Both the position numbers and the translations under genes were made by a program. This document shows, piece after piece, positions 46,949-50,204 of a DNA stretch of 50,204 nucleotides. Origin of the DNA: Gemmatimonadota bacterium (lineage in GTDB: Bacteria; Gemmatimonadota; Gemmatimonadetes; Palauibacterales; Palauibacteraceae). Every line of letters begins with the position of its first letter. Within the stretch, counting starts at the first letter, position 1. The stretch spans positions 1 to 50,204 of the forward strand of contig JBDHFS010000001.1 in NCBI GenBank assembly GCA_039590285.1. Direction: 5' to 3'. Below the pieces are notes generated by a model. The model was not told the DNA's origin. It saw only the letters and a program-made list of their open reading frames with translations, and ran no database searches.

Positions 46949-47728
46949 ATGCCGTACGGGCTTCAGGCGGTGTTTCTGGTCTACGCGGGAGTCCTCGGAG
47001 CATCCGTCGGCTCGTTCCTGAACGTGTGCGTGGCGCGCCTGCCGGCCGGAGAGAGCCTGGTCAGGCCTCGATCCCGGTGTCCCGCCTGCGACGAGACCAT
47101 CGCGTGGTTCGACAACATCCCGATCGTGAGCTGGCTCCTGCTGCGCGGCCGATGCCGGCAGTGCCGGAAGCCGATCTCGATCCGGTATCCCGCGCTCGAG
47201 GTCGCGACGGCGGCGATCTGGGTGGCGATGGCTCTGACGTACGGTCCCACCTGGCGCTCGCTGCAGGGCTCCATCTTCTTCAGCCTCCTCCTGGCGATCT
47301 CCCTCATCGACGCGCGGCATTACCTGATTCCCGACGCCCTCAGCCTCGGCGGGCTCGGAGCGGGTCTCGCGCTCGCGCTCCTTCCGGGACCTCCCTCTCT
47401 CCTCACATCGGTGCTCGGAGCGGGACTCGGATTCGCCGTGTTGCTCGCCGTGGGGCTGCTCGGGGAGTGGATCTTCAAGAAGCCGGCGATGGGGGGGGGC
47501 GACGTCAAGATGATGGCGATGGTCGGGGCCTTCATCGGGCCGGCGGGAGCCATGCTGACCATCTTCGTGGGCGCACTGGCCGGAACGCTGGTGTTCGCCC
47601 CGGTGAGCCTGAAGACGAAGAAGGAAGTACCGTTCGGAGTGTTCCTGGGTCTCGGCGCGGCGATCGCCTTCCTGTTCGGTGAGTCCCTCGTGGAATGGTA
47701 CAGCCAGGTGGTGTTCGCCTCCGTCTGA
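46949..47728 (+). CDS. pilD: prepilin peptidase / N-methyltransferase (A24 family)
   Basis: The ATG immediately follows the TAG of the upstream gene. GSFLNVCVARLP, Cys pairs CPACDETI..CRQCRKPI, and catalytic Asp contexts LISLIDARHYLIPD and GGGDVKMMAMVGAF. Confidence 0.92.
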   Translation: MPYGLQAVFLVYAGVLGASVGSFLNVCVARLPAGESLVRPRSRCPACDETIAWFDNIPIVSWLLLRGRCRQCRKPISIRYPALEVATAAIWVAMALTYGPTWRSLQGSIFFSLLLAISLIDARHYLIPDALSLGGLGAGLALALLPGPPSLLTSVLGAGLGFAVLLAVGLLGEWIFKKPAMGGGDVKMMAMVGAFIGPAGAMLTIFVGALAGTLVFAPVSLKTKKEVPFGVFLGLGAAIAFLFGESLVEWYSQVVFASV

Positions 47729-47739
47729 CGCGGTTCCGG

Positions 47740-49035
47740 TCAGCCGGCTCCCTCTCCGTCGGCACCCCCGACGACTCCCTCCGCAGCGCCTCCCGCGCGT
47801 CCCGCCCCGGTTTCTCGCGTGATCCGGGCCCGCGTGACCTGGGTCTCGGTGGCGCTGAGAACCTCGATGCGAAGCCCATCGGTCTCCACCGATTCGTGCG
47901 GGTCGGGCACCCGCCCGAACGCGTGAAGCAGATAGCCGTTCAGGGAGCGATACTCCAGGACCGGGAGGCTGGTATTGAAGAAGTGGTTGATCTCCCGCAG
48001 GTCGACCGCGCCCTCGACCACGATCGAGTTCCGGCCCACCCTCTGGAAGGTCTCCGATGGCACGTCGGTCTCGTCCACGATCTCGCCGACCAGCTCCTCC
48101 AGGATGTCCTCGAGGGTGATCAGCCCGTCCGTGCCTCCGTGCTCGTCGACCACGATGCCCGCGTGGATCCTCCGGGCCTGAAACTCGTGGAGAAGCTGGC
48201 TCAACGCGACGGATGCCGGTACGAACAGGACCTCGCGCGCCAGGCGGCCGAGCGTGACATCACGCTGACCCGACACCAGGGCCTGGTACGCGTCCCGCAC
48301 GTACAGAATGCCGGTGATCTCATCCAGCGACTCCGAATAGACCGGGATGCGGCTGAACGGCACTGTCTGAAGCTCGGGCGCGATCTCCGCCAGGGTCAGG
48401 TGCGCCGGCCAGGCGAACAGACTCACCCGCGGCGTCATCACCTCCCAGGCCTGTGTCGTGTCCAGCGCGAACGCGCTCTGGATGATCTCCCGCTCGTGTG
48501 TCTCGATCGCTCCCGCCTCGTGGCCGATCTCCGTGAGCGAACGGATCTCGGCTTCAGTCACCGCGGGGAGCGTCCCTTCCTTCGATGGCAGGACCGTTCG
48601 AGTCAGGGCCTCAAGCGGTGTAACCAGCGGCGCGAGCAGCCGGGAGAGGCCCAGGAACACGGGGGCGATGGCCAGAGAGATGGGCACGGCGTTACCGGCC
48701 GCGAAGCTCTTCGGAACGATCTCGCCGAAGAACAGCACGAGCAGCGTCATGCCACCGGTGGCGATCCCCACGCCTGCCGATCCGAAGGCCTGCGTCGCGG
48801 CGTAGGTCGCCACGGAAGCCGCGCCGATGTTCGCGACGTTGTTGCCGATCAGGATCGTGATCAGGAGCCGGTCGGGATTCGACTTCACGGCGACCAGCGC
48901 CTTCGCACCGCGTCGGCCTTCTTCCGCCAGCGCTTCGGCCCGCGTGTCGGGGACGGAGAACAGCGCGATCTCGCCCCCCGAGAAGAAGCCGGACAGCGCG
49001 ATGAGAAACGCCAGGAAGAGAATGAGCCCGGTCAC
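47740..49035 (-). CDS. DUF21-CBS-CorC/HlyC family membrane protein (hemolysin-like or divalent-cation efflux type)
   Basis: N-terminal DUF21 TM domain (FFSGGEIALFSV, FGEIVPK), a tandem CBS pair, and a C-terminal CorC_HlyC-like domain (NGYLLHAFGRVP). GTG start 49035. Confidence 0.85.
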   Translation of the reverse strand: MTGLILFLAFLIALSGFFSGGEIALFSVPDTRAEALAEEGRRGAKALVAVKSNPDRLLITILIGNNVANIGAASVATYAATQAFGSAGVGIATGGMTLLVLFFGEIVPKSFAAGNAVPISLAIAPVFLGLSRLLAPLVTPLEALTRTVLPSKEGTLPAVTEAEIRSLTEIGHEAGAIETHEREIIQSAFALDTTQAWEVMTPRVSLFAWPAHLTLAEIAPELQTVPFSRIPVYSESLDEITGILYVRDAYQALVSGQRDVTLGRLAREVLFVPASVALSQLLHEFQARRIHAGIVVDEHGGTDGLITLEDILEELVGEIVDETDVPSETFQRVGRNSIVVEGAVDLREINHFFNTSLPVLEYRSLNGYLLHAFGRVPDPHESVETDGLRIEVLSATETQVTRARITRETGAGRAGGAAEGVVGGADGEGAG

Positions 49036-49120
49036 GCGAGCCCCCCCCGCCGTCGCCGGCCGCCGCCGGACGTCACCCTGCCGTTCGGGGATGACGGAGG
49101 CTGGTCATCCATGCTCCCGC

Positions 49121-50140
49121 TCACACCCGGAGCGAGGCGATCAGCTCCTCGACCAGATCATCGGGCGTCCTTCCCGCGGCCTCGGCCTCGAAACCGGGCA
49201 CCAGCCGGTGCCGCAGGACGTCAGGCGCCATCGCGCGGACGTCGTCCAGGTTGGGGACGGGTCGTCCGTCCAGCGCTGCCCGGGCCTTGGACCCGAGCAC
49301 CAGGTACTGTGATGCCCTCGGTCCCGCGCCCCAGGCCACCATCTCCCGGATGAACCCCGGAGCCCCGGGGTCGTCGGGCCGCGTGGAACGCGCGAGGCGG
49401 ACCGAATAGTCGACGAGCGACGGCGGAGCCGGCACCCTTCGCACGAGGCTCTGGAATAGAAGGAGGCGCTCGCCGCTGATCACCGACTCGATCTCGCCCG
49501 GCTCGCCCGTGGTCGTGATCGCCGCGACCTCCTTCTCCTCCTCGAGCGAGGGATAGGTGATTCGCAGCTCGAGCATGAACCGATCCAGCTGTGCCTCGGG
49601 CAGGGGATACGTGCCCTCGTGCTCTATCGGGTTCTGCGTCGCTAGGACGAAGAACGGGCGTTCCAGCCTGAACGTCTCGTTGGCCACGGTGACCGACAGC
49701 TCCTGCATCGCCTGCAGCAGGGCCGCTTGCGTCTTCGGTGGAGTACGGTTGATCTCATCGGCGAGGATCACGTTGGCGAACACCGGGCCGCGCACGAAAC
49801 GAAACACGCGCCGCCCCGACTCGTGGTCCTCCTCCAGCACCTCGGTTCCCGTGATGTCGGACGGCATGAGATCGGGCGTGAACTGGATGCGACTGAACTC
49901 GAGCCGCAGCGTCTCGGCCAGAGTGGAGATCAGCGTCGTCTTGGCCAGCCCGGGGACGCCCACGAGAAGAACGTGACCTCCGGCCAGCAGCGCGACCAGC
50001 AGCTTCTCCACGATCTCGCGCTGGCCCACGATGCGCCGCCCGATCTGATCCTCCAGATCCCGCCTCGCCCCGGCCAGATCCTGAAGGAGCTCGACATCGC
50101 TCCCGACCCCTGCGTCACCCGTCACCGCGCTGCCTGTCAT
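49121..50140 (-). CDS. MoxR-family AAA+ ATPase
   Basis: IVGQREIVEKLLVALLAGGHVLLVGVPGLAKT (Walker A), ILADEINRTPPKTQAALLQAMQE (Walker B / sensor region), and FFVLATQNPIEHEGTYPLPEAQLDRF. ATG 50140 preceded by GGAGGGG. Confidence 0.9.
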   Translation of the reverse strand: MTGSAVTGDAGVGSDVELLQDLAGARRDLEDQIGRRIVGQREIVEKLLVALLAGGHVLLVGVPGLAKTTLISTLAETLRLEFSRIQFTPDLMPSDITGTEVLEEDHESGRRVFRFVRGPVFANVILADEINRTPPKTQAALLQAMQELSVTVANETFRLERPFFVLATQNPIEHEGTYPLPEAQLDRFMLELRITYPSLEEEKEVAAITTTGEPGEIESVISGERLLLFQSLVRRVPAPPSLVDYSVRLARSTRPDDPGAPGFIREMVAWGAGPRASQYLVLGSKARAALDGRPVPNLDDVRAMAPDVLRHRLVPGFEAEAAGRTPDDLVEELIASLRV

Positions 50141-50204
50141 CTTCGTTCCCCTCCGTGCGATCGGTGCCCGCGGCGGACGGGCCTCTCCGCTCGCACGGAG
50201 GCTA

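Noticed and set aside
47491-47499. G9 homopolymer inside pilD, encoding the GGG of the catalytic GGGD motif, as a slipped-strand phase-variation switch
   Set aside because: Comparable G8/C8 runs occur in housekeeping genes and leaders here (aroC 21288-21295 and 21796-21803, trmFO about 26330, 42007-42014, 49041-49048). The tract therefore looks compositional (GGG Gly codons) rather than a dedicated contingency locus.

Overview
High-GC, densely coding bacterial chromosomal window with about 50 CDS and one tRNA-Leu. I saw no rRNA, CRISPR array, IS element, transposase or prophage signature. Many adjacent genes overlap by 4 nt (ATGA, GTGA or TTGA), which suggests translational coupling. The left 21 kb is a type IV pilus (T4P) locus. 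It runs pilS/pilR-like two-component pair, a good sigma-54 -24/-12 promoter, a Cys-free Ser/Thr-rich major pilin and a hairpin. Next comes an unusual coupled block of five polytopic GT-C-like membrane proteins around one GtrB/ArnC/Ppm1-like polyprenyl-phosphate GT2. The five are one YfhO-like protein, two ArnT/PMT-like paralogues (one frameshifted) and two less assignable proteins. The locus ends with two minor pilins and pilMNOPQ. The rest is housekeeping. On the plus strand: aroC-aroK, topA-trmFO-xerC-hslV-hslU (Bacillus cod-operon-like order), gcvT, a MogA/MoaB-type gene, and an orphan sigma-54 activator with a pseudo-receiver. On the minus strand: dnaK, htrA, tRNA-Leu(UAG), and tig-clpP-clpX-engB plus a coupled lipoprotein. 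Further right are rhomboid-nupC-punA, thiD, a TrmH-family methyltransferase followed by pilD, a CorC/HlyC-type CBS protein and a MoxR ATPase. The best candidate for something undescribed is the glycosyltransferase block inside the pilus locus, which I read as a possible multi-enzyme periplasmic pilin glycosylation system. All functional calls come from reading motifs in the supplied translations, and no database search was possible.
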